Below the pieces are notes generated by a model, which saw nothing but the letters and a program-made list of their open reading frames with translations, was not told where the DNA came from and made no database searches. A program made the position numbers and the translations under genes. DNA of 64,000 nucleotides from Fimbriosthenelais zetlandica (taxonomy: Eukaryota). How positions within the stretch are numbered: the first letter of the stretch is position 1; every line of letters starts with the position of its first letter. Positions 26,492 to 38,635 of the stretch are shown here, piece after piece. Location: the NCBI GenBank assembly GCA_977030845.1, contig OZ365109.1, positions 26,040,001 through 26,104,000 on the forward strand, given 5' to 3'.

Positions 26492-28891
26492 ATGGAAAAT
26501 GACATGATATGTAACTTCAAAAAATGCAGACAGACAATCAACAAGTGGGCTTGGGTAAGTTTCAGGTTGACGTTTTGAAATCTTTGATAGTCATATATCG
26601 CTGGTGGTCGTAGGCCTACGACTACGTTACCTCAGACCATAGATAATAGTAGAAGTTAAGAACGTTCTACTATTATCGATGCTCAGACTTACTTCTGAAA
26701 CAGATGATAAAGATAATACAGTAAATTTACTTGTACCAGTATATTTTATCTGCAATTTACTTTTCAGGTAACTAGTTGTTCCCGTATCCTTTTGTCTTAA
26801 ACTTTTGACTTTTTTTCTATTTAAATTTACCTTCTGCCATTCAGTCTTAGACTCAGTGACTCTCACATGACATATAAATTGACATAGATAAAAGTTACAT
26901 TACCAACCAGGTCCGGGTATATTTCTTTCTCATTTTTTTCAGCTCTTTGTTTCCCACTTTTCTATGGCTTCAATTCCTTAACGTATCATAGATATCTTTT
27001 GTGATGAACATGGCAGCAAATTATTCACGAAGCCATTCTTCTGTCCGGCCTGTAAGTATTAAATTTACTCATTCAAAGGGACACATAAGTAAATTCCAAA
27101 TAAAGCAAATTATGTCATGTCCATGTCCATAAGTTAGGCCGATATATAGGCCCTAGATAATATACCGGTAACATTTTTTTCAGGTGAAACAAGTCTTCCA
27201 GGAAAGTTTGATATACTGCGGATAGACATCCAACCTTCAGAACAGTATAAATCGGTGAGTAGGCCTAATTAGTTTTCTTAGCTGCTAATAATTATTAGCT
27301 GCATTTTGTTCTTTTTTTCATTTTAGCAGTGTAATTGCAGATGATGCTTGCAGGACATAGACCAGAAACTATCTTAGACGTCAGCAGTAGAGGCATAGCA
27401 TTTTGGACATACCAGGTAAAAGTAATTTTCGTATATCAGTCATAATATTTAAGTGGGATCCGATTTGCATGAATACTATTTAGAAGATTTTGACTAATAC
27501 TGGTGAACGCTTCTTTCAGATGCATCAAGAGCTCATGTACCAAAAATATGTATCCACCAAGGCTATAGAACGCAGTACTCAAATAGAACAATACCATGAG
27601 CAGATCATCTCGAGAACAGCTACAGAACTGAATAGTAAGGGCTACATTTACTACATATTTATCTATATTTTTATGTTTCTCTCTCAATTCTCTTACTGAT
27701 CTCAGTAATATTTCGTGTATTTTTCAATGTATTTTATGTATTTTTATCTTTAGCACTGAAAAGCCAAATCAATTCAGCAAGGAAAGAGCTTGAAGAAACG
27801 AGAAAAAAGTACAATGAACTCACACAGAATATGAGTGAAAAATCAAGGCAGTATTCAAAATTACAAGTAAATAATTTTTTCATTTAATTTTCATTTCACA
27901 TTTGAAAAAACTGGAAAACGGTACAGAATAAAGAATAGATGAATTATGTTCTTTTCGATTTTGTCTTGGAAATATCGTTAATAATTTGAGTGGATGTTTC
28001 ATTTTACAGGCGCTGTATGACAACTTGAGACTGAGGATTCTGAACAGCAGTAGGATGGACAGTACCGGTGACGGCAACCATGTACCGCGCCTCACCAGAA
28101 ACCAGGCTTCTGCCTTTCACCTGAACATGCCTTTAACAGCCGAAGGTAATTATAATTTATCAAAGAGGAACGCATTGTGAAGACTATGGCAGCATATAAT
28201 GATTAATAGTTATATATGATACCTTACTTTTCAATAGTAATCATACCGTATAATACTATATAATAGTAGCCCTACATGTATGATAAATTGGCGGAATTAC
28301 CTCCATGGAATTATTCGTGACAATTTCTAACTTTTATATATCACTCACAAGATTGGAGGTTCATTTTCATATATGACATAATGTGGCATTTGTTTTCTCA
28401 GATATATTTGGAAGGTTGCCTAACAACGAAATGAGACGTGGCGCTTCTCCCGAAGCAGCATCACACAGTTAGTATAAAATATGAATAACTTATACAAAAA
28501 AAAATGGTGGGAGGGGGGAGGGGGGAGGGGGGGGGGGGCGGATACCTAGGCGTGGTGCTCATTATATCGGGGAAACAAATTTTGCTGGACGAGTACAAGT
28601 GATTTGAATATATTCATCAGTTGGAATAATGACCAAATAAATGAAAATGGAATAGTTATTTTAGGAAAGGAAAATGAAGAGTAAGGCGTACATTCTTGCA
28701 CGAACATCATGTGAAATATGAAATGATAATTTCTAATTCCAGGAGAGACGGAAAACTTTGTATTCAGACCAACTTCAACTCCTTCTTTCATTCCTGGTAA
28801 CAATGTCCAACATCACAGAATGAACATGCAGCTGGGCACGCCCACAGCCCAGGCGGAGAGGCCACTAGAAGAACAACGACCTCGGATCTAA
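26492..28891 (+). CDS. CCNB1IP1: E3 ubiquitin ligase HEI10/CCNB1IP1 (meiotic crossover RING protein); exons 26492-26554, 26768-26783, 26992-27051, 27184-27254, 27341-27415, 27520-27634, 27754-27866, 28010-28145, 28402-28467, 28743-28891; about 287 aa
   Basis: The spliced translation MENDMICNFKKCRQTINKWAWVTSCSHIFCDEHGSKLFTKPFFCPACETSLPGKFDILRIDIQPSEQYKSMMLAGHRPETILDVSSRGIAFWTYQMHQELMYQ...RQYSKLQALYDNLRLR follows the HEI10 RING plus coiled-coil pattern. All phases match and the CDS of 864 nt is divisible by 3. The last two exons are less certain because they are poorly conserved. Confidence 0.93.
26784..26991 (+). other. U12-type (minor spliceosome) GT-AG intron in HEI10
   Basis: 5' splice site GTATCCTTTT at 26784, branch point TTCCTTAAC at 26974-26982, 3' AG at 26990-26991. 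Splicing here is required to encode the RING segment VTSCS-H-IFC. Confidence 0.85.
28507..28540 (+). repeat. G-rich tract with G-quadruplex potential in HEI10 intron 9
   Basis: ggtgggagggggagggggagggggggggggggcgg contains four or more runs of at least 3 G. Confidence 0.6.
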
Positions 28892-29543
28892 TGCATGTCG
28901 AAAAGGCTGATTACCAACTTGATTACAGTTGCATTCTACATTCCCATTGGTAAGAAACCAATGTAGGCCTACATAGAATTGGGATCTCAACGAGAATATA
29001 AGATATTTAAACACAAATTTTCGCTGGATATCTCCTTTTATTTTAAACCAGTAATTTCATGGTTCAGTGTTACAGATTGAAATAAAACAAGTGAAGGGAT
29101 ATCTCACCTCAAGATTCCAATAACAATGAATAATATTAAATATTATAAGATTGTGATAAATGGGAGTCAAGAAAAATATCACAGACAATGCATATCACAC
29201 TTATGCTCCTTTGCTCGTTACATATTAAAATTATATAATATACGTTATCCTCCTAATATGAAGGATATAAATTCTGTTCTATAATACTGAAAATGTAATA
29301 ATCTTGAAGTCATGTAAATATTGTAAATGTATGTTATTTCATCAGAATTTACATTAAAAAATTCAATAAAAAGAGACAGAAGTCGAGAAAAGACTTAGAA
29401 TATAATTATTATGTTATGTAAATATAATTAAATTATTTCAATTGTTATTGCATCACAATTATATGCGAGTAGTTTCAGACCAATTTACCAACATGTCAAT
29501 TCTGGCATGTTCTTGCTCCTGATTCTAAATCTAGATTAAACCA

Positions 29544-32500
29544 TTAGTATGTGGGACAAGGATTCTCAACATATGGGAGATAAGCCTTCCTTATATCATT
29601 CTTGTGCCTTAATGATATATTACCTAGTCTTTGATGGAGGACATAATTGGCGTAATCCCTCCTCTGGTCGGTGTCTTGGATGGTAAGCCTTGGCGTATGC
29701 TCAACGGGCAGGCGTTGGGAGGAGGTGGTGGAACCTGACTGAACTTTAACCTTGGCTTGCTGGGTCCTGGGCCGGCCAAACTGATCCAGTGATTCTTTAG
29801 CTTGAGGTACCAGTGTAAGATGATGCCAAGTTTTGGCTCGCTGGTGACTACTTCGGTAATCGGACGCCAAATCTGCTTTACTGCAAGTAAAATGTAACAA
29901 TCCTCCTTAGTTGACAAGTTTAGGTACATTTAAAATTAATTGACGATCCATTTTCCATTCTCTATGATTTTATTGGTTTCGTTACATCTACATTGGATAT
30001 TAGAAAAGCCCAATTGGGGACTTACCCTTGTGCCAGACGCATTTTTTCGTCCATTTCCGCCGCAGTTTCCACTGCACTAAGCCATGGAGTTGCCACGAGT
30101 AACTTTTGAAGAGGAAGAAATACAATCTTGAAACTGTCTACCAACGCATCATGGTTTAAAATTGAACAATTCAATTTTGTGACTTAAATGCTACAAATTA
30201 TAAATAATGTGTAGATAATTTCAACCTATGAGATTATGAGCGTATTGCAGTACCTGGTTTCTTGGCAGGACTACTGGAGTCAAAGATGGCAGCTTCACAC
30301 GTTCAAACGTGATATCTGAAGACTAAAAAACAATTTTTTTTGCTGAATTTCCATTCAATCAATTACGAAATCAAGGTTCACAAAAATTGGGTCGTACCTT
30401 GGCCAAACTATTAGGTCCTCCCAACAAGGTAACGTCCAGTTTGTGCAGAAGGGTTGAGCTCTTGTAGGCAGAGACCGCTATGAGAAACTGGAGGCTTGCA
30501 TTCATCAATCTCCTAAAGAAGAAAAATCGAGTTAATTTGTAAAAGCATTCAGCATTCAGGCGTACCATAAGCATTATATTAGGGGTGGAAATCGGGTATG
30601 GAAAAATAAGATACCGGTAAGTATCTGTGCATGCCCAAGACGGCAATCTACTGAAAATTGTGATTATATGCAGAACTCAACTGAATACTATAGTAACTAG
30701 TATGGGAAGAAATTAACAGAACTACACTCATGCATACATTGAAGAAGGCGTGCAGTTGAAGGTAAGGAGTGGCCCCACTTGGTGGAATCCCATGGAAAGT
30801 AAAATGGCTTTGACTTTGGGATTTTTCCATAAAGGTCGAACAGAGAGGTCAGAAACTTTAAGCTGGATTTCTGGAGCGTGCTTGGCTATACTTATCTGTG
30901 AGAAATAAACAGAATAATGTTAATTATATAACTATACTGTAAATATTGTAAACTAGGACTGCCTGAAAATACACCGTAAGGTGGAATTGGTTCAAATAAA
31001 AGTGTCCTCAAAACTCAAAAAAAAAATGATGTGAATTAATCTATATGCATAGCATTGCTATATATGGATAACATTGCCAGGAATCTAAGGACGAATATAC
31101 TTACAACATCAATGAGGTAGGAAAGCATTTCTTGACCTGATGGTAGGAATTCAAAGAGAGCACGAGAGAAGCCAGGACTTGATGTGATATCTGGTAGGGA
31201 AACAAACTGCTTGGATAAATGTCCCCACAGATATTAATAAATCGAAATCAACTGGAATATATATACTTCAAAAGAATTCTATCATAGAAAATACACTAAC
31301 CTATCGCTGCGCGGAGAGCATCATAGGTAGGAATTAGGAGGCTGTCAGGATTCCAGTGAGGATAAATTACATATGGATCTGTTAAGCTGCTTCCTTTACC
31401 CTGGAAGTGGAATCCTAGAAGTTTGAGCAGTTTGAGGCCAGCTTCTGTTTTAGCCACACATTCAGGGAGCTGAACAGGTCTCTGGTTATTTTCCTTGAGA
31501 TGTAGGCGTTTCAGAGCGCCATCCAACTGAAATGGAAGAAAAATAGCAGAATAAAAGGGGTGCAAATAAGTGGCGAAGTACAGAATGACAATACACACAT
31601 TATATTACTATTCACATGAATAAAGCTTACAAGCCCAATAAGTTCAGGAATGACAGTCTTTTGATGCATGTGCTGCAGCATTAACTCTCCAAAGAATCGC
31701 TGCACTTCACGAAGGTTTTCTTCTAGCGTTGGCACTGAAAATAGATACAAACTTTCGCGTGACAACCCATCAGAAAAACCGGAGAAACTTTTAGTGAGAT
31801 TTATGAAAGCTCTTGAAGATGGATTTTAAGGAAGAGAAAGTGTTTAAATACCATCTGGGATACGCGGTTTGGGATTAAGTGGAGGGCTATCCAGTTCCTC
31901 AGCCACACCTTTCTCCACTTCATCAATGAGCTGGTCTAACATGGCATGTTTGACATGCTGGAGATCAAGCTCCACGTCCTTACCAATTACAATGAAGGGG
32001 GCCCAATAAGACAGGTCCTCATACCTACACCAAGCAAGATAGCAAAGGACAAGTGTTATGCCTTAATTCATGGCGATGTAGAAATCCAGGATCAAAAATC
32101 ATCGATCTCTTCAATACAGAATAAAAAAGGAAAATATATTTTTCCGAATAACAAGTTTGAAGTCTGATGAACTATACCTATTCTCATCCCTGAGGAAATT
32201 TCCAGCAATAGTGGCAGCTGTGGTGACATGACCTCCCTCCTGCAGAGTTTGGTAGAAATGGAAGTAAAACTTATCAAGAGCTGCGTTAGGTACTGCCCAC
32301 AGTAGAGTTAAGACACACTGAGCACCTGGAAACATAAAAGAAAATACAATGACAGTATTTATATTAAGTATGTTCTTTCATCAGTAACAGGTGGAAGTTC
32401 CAGGTCATTTTAAATACTAATACACTAACAGTAACAGGTCTGGTTGGAGGAGCAGAGAATATGTATTTTCAGCAACATCACCTCGGTTATGCACCACAAA

Positions 32501-35500
32501 AACAGTACTACATAATTATTTAAGTCAAAGTCAAATATAATTTAAAATGTTAATTGCCAACAATAAAGAAATGTGCCAACCTGCAGCGAGAAAAGCTGTT
32601 GGTAGATGGTAGAGATGAGCAGGCGTGGTTTCTCTGGAAGCGGAGGTCGACCAACCAACACTAAGGACGACTAGTTTAGCCACCAGGGAGAGGTCGGCTA
32701 TTTCTGAGGCTGTCACAAGGTATGAGTGTTCCAATGGTGAACCCTGCTCGTGCCTCTTCTCACAAGGACTCATAACGACCAATCCATCCTCTAAATTAGC
32801 CATGGTTGCTGTCAAAGTATTAAAATTATTAATATGTAAACAGCATGATGACAGACGTTATCACAGAAAAGAAAAGAAGCAGGAAAGACAACAAAATCAA
32901 GAGACCAAACATAGAACAGCCTTGTCATACCTATATGGACAATCGTAGCTTCCTGGATGCCCTTCAAGAACTGATCTTTCCTGGCCTCCTTCCCGACTAC
33001 AGCATGTGCACCGAGAATTTCAGCCACTTTGAAACATTCTTTCTGGGAAGATTTCATGTCCCTACGAGGTTGCCATTCTGAACCATAAAGCATGACTCTG
33101 TGAAAAGAAAAGTGACCCCGTTACATTTAAGTTCATGAGATTTGAAAGTTCTGAGTTAATACCAAAATCTCATGGAATAATCTCATTCTAAAATAAACTT
33201 ACGTTTCAGGTAGAGACGGGCTGCCGATGATAAAACACTTCTCTGGGTCGCTAACCTGTTTATATTCAGCCACTCCACAGTCAGTCTTCACTATGTCAGT
33301 GTTGGTGGAGGTTTTAGTTGTTAAGGTGGTCATGGTATGTGTTCTCAACAGCCTTTCTGTCTTGGTTGGTTCACCCATTGGTTTTATTGACTTCAGTGGT
33401 AGAGTCCTTGGTGTGGGTGGAACTGGCCGGGACATAGATGCTTTTAGACCTGTGAGAGACATCTTTGATGTCGCATTAGTTGGTGCAAAATACAGCTCCC
33501 GTTTTTTCGATTCGGTCTTAGTTTCATTTGTAGTGGATTTAGTACATTGTGCTAGTCGTGGATTTGAAACCCGACGGCTGTCCAGTGTCTCTGAACCTCT
33601 ATTGGAATAATAAGACTCACTTGTTTGAAATCTAGGTGCAAAGTTGAATGCTGGAGTTTTCCTAGCTTCACATTCCATTGAACTTGTTATTCTGTGCATT
33701 CCTCCCATCTGTGACTTGGTTCGGTCGAATTCGATGTCATCTTCCACTTTCAATTGCTGCAGTTCATTTTGCATAACTTTATCCAAGAGCAACAAACTTG
33801 GAATCACTGTGATTCGAAAGCGGTCCTTGAGTAGGACCTGATTCCAGTCCCGAATGATGCCAAAGGGACAGGCTAGCAATTCCTTATCTGGTACAATCAT
33901 GACAGGGCTTCCTGGCTCAAGTTTAGACAAAATATCATAGACTGGAGCCAGGAGAATATCAAACAAAGCCCGGTCAGGACCCTTTATGTTGGCCTGGCTG
34001 TCCTCTGATTTAGTCGCACCTGCTGTGGTCAGATGGTTGCCTTTAATGGATGCTGCGTTATCACTTGTGGCATCCAATTCCTCATTATCACTCATACGTA
34101 GCTTTTGATTGGCCTTTTTAATCAGTTTCATGTCAGTATTTCTCTCAGGTAAAGCCCTGTTTTCACAATCATAGACGAGCTCTTTTACATTGCGATTTTT
34201 GAAAAGCTGTTTCATGAGTTTTGATATTTTTTCTCCAACAGAACCTTCTGAGGAGAGCATTTGTTTGCTTGTGTAAAATCTAACTATGCCTTCTCCTGGT
34301 AGGAGAACCCAGACAACCAGGAAAGTTGGAAGCATTGTATAATAGACAACAGCGGCATTTTGATCAGCCACTACTCTTAATAACTTGCCAATATTCCAGG
34401 TATCCATGGTACCAGCTTCTCTGGTAGAGGCAAGGCTGAGTAGACTCTGTGATCTTGGAACCTTGCTTTGAACCAGAAGAGCAGCCTGTTTTTTACGCAT
34501 ACATTCTGAATAAACCAAAGCATCATCCCGGTTTCCGGATTTGACATAAATACGGATGATGCCAAGATAGCAATTTTCCAACTGTTCCACAAGGTCTTTA
34601 GGACAAAAAGTATCCTCTTCCCGATGTTGATGGATTTTCGCCTCGTAAATTGGAATAAGTCTATTGAAGTACTTCTCAGCCTGATCGATTTCAAACACTT
34701 GTGTTGAGCTTTCCAAGATGCAAGCCAAATTATACTCACAGAGCTGCTTGATCTCATGAAATTCAAAATCTTCTGCGATGATCTTAGCTTGCTCAAAGTA
34801 GTAGATGCTGTACTGGAGACGATTGAGAGCTTTGTATGTTTTACCAATTTTGCATAATGCAGATGTTTGGAGGCGCAAATCATTCCGAGCGCCAAGCTTG
34901 ATGGTGTTCATGTAACAGTCGATAGCCTCTTGGAATTCATTGAAGACAAACCTAGAATCTCCATACTGCTCGTGGGCCAGACCTACTAATTTGGAATCTT
35001 CTAATTTGGAGGCCAGAGAAACATGCTGCTCGTGGTATGTCACTGATAGCTGGTAATTGCCTAAAGCAGCATAGGCTGATCCCAGACAGCCATATGCCTG
35101 AGCTACCCCACGTTTATCCCCAGCTTTCTTGCTCTGTGTCAAATAATTCTTATAACTTTCTACAGCCTTGGTGTAATCGCCTAATATTTCATTCAGAAGG
35201 CCTTCGTTGTGGTAGGACTGGGCTTGTACATTTAGGCTAGTGCCAAACTCCTCCGCCAATTTAGTATAAGCGCGAGCATAATGTACAGCATATTCCATGC
35301 TACCTATGCTTTTATATGCTATGCTAAGGTTGAGGTGGAGGGCACATTGTAGATCCTGAGTCCAGTAGACTGGGAGAGAAGCATTTTCCTGCTCACCCCT
35401 TATTTCTTTTTCCAGAGCCAGAAGTTTCTCGTAATTTATTATGGCACGGTGGGTGTCACCAAGCTCAAGGAACAGACTGGCTATATTGACCAGTGCTTTG

Positions 35501-36949
35501 GTCTGATACTGATAATCGTGAGTGGAAAGGGCTGTGGCGAAGCACTCCTGGAATGAACAGGAAAAAAGAGAAAATTGATAGACATGTAGCTGCAACTGCC
35601 AAAAAAATATATTTCAAAAATGTGGAGATGAATTTGTCTCAACGCACAACACATCCCCTACCAAATTTCTTGGCCACTAACAATCTGTAGTGTAATATAA
35701 ATTCATAAAAATGGAAACAGATATTTTGTCATCGTACCTGATAAAGAGAAATAGCTAAATCCGTATGCTTCAGGGCAGAGTGGGCATTGGCAAGCGTCAG
35801 CTGGACTTTCATAGTTATACCCTTCTGGTTGGTGGCTACTTTTTCTGCAGCGTTCAACACTTTGATGCACTGTGCATTACGGTTGTCTTGATACAGACAC
35901 ATTCCAACTTCACACAATTTATTATATGGGTCCATATCTGGAAATGAACAGAAAGAATAAAATACAAAAGTTATAATTGATTTGAGACAATAATAGTTCC
36001 CTGGACGCTCTCTGAGTAAAGTTTAATGCCAAAAACTCCTCGTTTGGTGCCAAGATAAAAATCACTAGAGGAAAAAATCAACACAGATTTGTGGCACATA
36101 ATTAAATCCTGTATTGTTATGTAAGTAAGATATTTTTATGTGTAATGTACCTGGCACTACGGTAAATTGGAAGATAAAAATAGTCACCATTTAAATTGTC
36201 GACGAGGTTTTCTGGCATGACACAGAAAGTTTGGGCTGTGGACGCGATGTGACTGGCTAAAACATCAGCATGACTTGGATCAGTGTCCAAATCCAGCGCG
36301 TTAAGGAAAGCATTCAGAGCCTCGCGATACTGACCCAGGTTATCCAAAGATACGCCCAAAAGATAGTGACCCTGGGGAAAAGAACATACCGTACGCTTAA
36401 TATCGCAACTTAATTTGAAAGGGAATATAATTACCAATCCTAGTTTCTTTCGAATATTTTTTGATAATTTTTATAATGTTTGATTACGTGTTACTGTATT
36501 TACAAACCTGAGCCTGTTCTGAGGAGAATGAGAGGAGCTTTTCAGCATCGTGTTGAGCAAGGATGTAATTGCCCATCTCAATGAAAACTGCAGCTCGTGA
36601 AGCCAGGGCACTAATGTTCTGTTCATCAATTTCCAATGCATCATTGTAGCAGCGTAGAGCTTCAGAAAAGTTTCTCCCGTGGAATGCTTTGTCACCTCTC
36701 TTCTGTAGGTGTTTCACCTATTAAATTAAGAATAAATTCCATCAATATTTGGACCTGTTATTTAATTATCAAAATTGATAGTCATACGAGTACATATTAT
36801 GCTGAATATTTAAAAAAAATAATTGTATCGGTGACATGTATAAATAATGATGGAGATTTTACCTCTTGTATTTCATCTGCCTCGCTGATAGCTTCGCTTC
36901 CCTCCACAAGGCTGTGGATACCACTGTAGCTCCCAGATAGTCCAGACAT
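29544..36949 (-). CDS. TTC28-like tetratricopeptide-repeat protein with C-terminal CHAT (caspase-like) domain; exons 36949-36863, 36717-36508, 36371-36188, 35937-35738, 35547-33203, 33097-32931, 32808-32581, 32325-32178, 32024-31852, 31734-31631, 31526-31301, 31190-31105, 30895-30738, 30512-30398, 30322-30254, 30102-30026, 29880-29544; about 1637 aa
   Basis: Many TPR-like repeats (GDKAFHGRNFSEALRCYNDALEID; AQAYGCLGSAYAALGNYQLSVTYHEQH). CHAT-type motifs VVYYTMLPTFLVVWVL, LFDILLAPV, PVMIVPDKELLACPF, FLAAGAQCVLTLLWAVP and YWAPFIVIG. All 16 introns are GT-AG with matching phases and the CDS of 4914 nt is divisible by 3. Orthology to TTC28 versus a paralogue is not established. Confidence 0.85.
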
Positions 36950-37859
36950 TTTGTTTTACCAGCTCCAATCGAGATTTAAATTGGTATTAAGGCTTGTAAA
37001 TATGAAAAAGAATACCGTAATTTATGCCTGGAGATATCTCATAAGTTACCATAGACATACATGTATACGGGGTAAATTTATGGTATTATGTCTTGGCATA
37101 TGCTCAGTTCACTTTTGACATACAATGTTGTTTTTTTTATGAAATCACAAATCTACAGAACAACCAATTTTGTTCGTAACAATTTTACATTGAATTTTCA
37201 AGACAAGCACAAGCACAACACAAGCGAACAAAATTGTCAAATGGTATAATACAGTGGGGCATACTTGATTCCATGCACAGTTCTGCCAGTGGTGAACAAT
37301 TTATTAGAAAACTTACTTCATAAACATAAAACTGTCCACATAAAAGCGTTTTATAGGCGTGACTGCCTTGACCAGTGTTGACAGCCTTGTCTGGGCGCCC
37401 CTCCCCTCACTCTGTGCCCGTGACCGTGACTGCCTGTTGTTGCTTGTTCCACCTTCCCTTCAACTTCAACACACTATTTTCAGACATAACACGCGATGAC
37501 ACGTTGTGAAAGCGATGTTACATATCACTCCTATCGCAGATTCAACATTCCGTACACGCGAATTAATCCAGACTTTTGGGAATTTCAGAATATTGTCTAA
37601 TTTCCACGGAACACCAGATTTTCAGGGCCTCTAAAGCATCCTTAGCAACCTGGGCCTGGGAGGCGGGTGATGGGCCGCTTAAGATAAAGAAAAATGACAC
37701 GAGTTTTGGAAAGAATGGTAGGCATACAGAACGCAAACACTGCCATGTTATGAATTAAAAAACAATATTATGTCGTAGGATTGAATCATTACATTTGCTA
37801 CGTTAACAGGGATGGTGTTATGTAGGGCAAGATATGTATTTTGAGGATGATTTAAGCGG

Positions 37860-37920
37860 CCCTACCAGCAGGTGCGCGCCACTTCCGGTCTACTTCTTCC
37901 GGTTTCTTTTGGCGGTGTGG
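37860..37920. promoter_or_regulatory. Putative bidirectional promoter core between TTC28-like and torsin-4A-like genes
   Basis: Tandem ETS/GABP-type motifs ACTTCCGG (37881-37888) and CTTCCGG (37896-37902) in a CpG-containing patch between divergent start codons at 36949 and 38636. Confidence 0.45.
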
Positions 37921-38104
37921 TCTTAAACTTTGAACATCGATGAAAGTTCGATGATTTAACGCGTCTTTTTCATTGTCATTGATAGGATATGTAAGTATAC
38001 AGTACAATGATTCTACATGGATCTTTTTAGTGTGAAGTCTGATGTGTGATAGTGCCCAGAATACATGTAAACCGATCTTTTCTATGACAGTAATGGGCAT
38101 TTCC

Positions 38105-38205
38105 GTGCTGACTGTGACTATGTCTATGAGTATGAATACCGGTACGAGTAACGGTAGGCGGTCCGCCTGTCAGTGTCAGTGACAGTGTCAGTGACTTTGT
38201 CTATG
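38105..38205 (+). repeat. Degenerate hexamer microsatellite (GACTGT/GACTAT/GTCTAT and GTCAGT/GACAGT units)
   Basis: gactgtgactatgtctatgagtatga and ctgtcagtgtcagtgacagtgtcagtgac are directly visible. Confidence 0.65.
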
Positions 38206-38635
38206 AGGCTTATATTAACGGGGTTCTACTGACAGGCGACATAGGACCAAAATAATTACTGACAAGAGACATTTGGGTGTTTTTCAAATGACAACAGGTT
38301 CAGATTAGACAAGCGTCAAATTAGCTAATTTTTAGGCTACCGTACCGTATCTTAGTCTTAGACAGTGAAAAGTAATTTATATTATTTATAAGGGCATTAA
38401 TCTTGACAAAATAAATTTTACTGACAAAAGACTGACCCCGTTATAATAATGCTGGACTATGTCTACATCTATGATAATCATTAAATTTCACCATGTCGTG
38501 TTTAGATAGGCCTAAAATTTACTCTTCTGCATTGAAGCAAGTGTAGGCCTAGTCATTGACCGTTTGCTATTTTCTCATGACGTTTCTCATTAAATCACTG
38601 TATATTTTTGTGACAGTTCCTGCCAGGTCCTGCTG

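Noticed and set aside
29544-36949. TPR-CHAT protein as a Craspase-like or bacterial immune system component
   Set aside because: It has 16 spliceosomal introns, follows the animal TTC28-like architecture, appears to lack catalytic residues and has no neighbouring effector genes.
38208-38452. Possible MITE with inverted ends TAACGGGGT / ACCCCGTTA
   Set aside because: Only 9 bp are perfectly inverted, there is no clear target-site duplication and no second full copy in the window.
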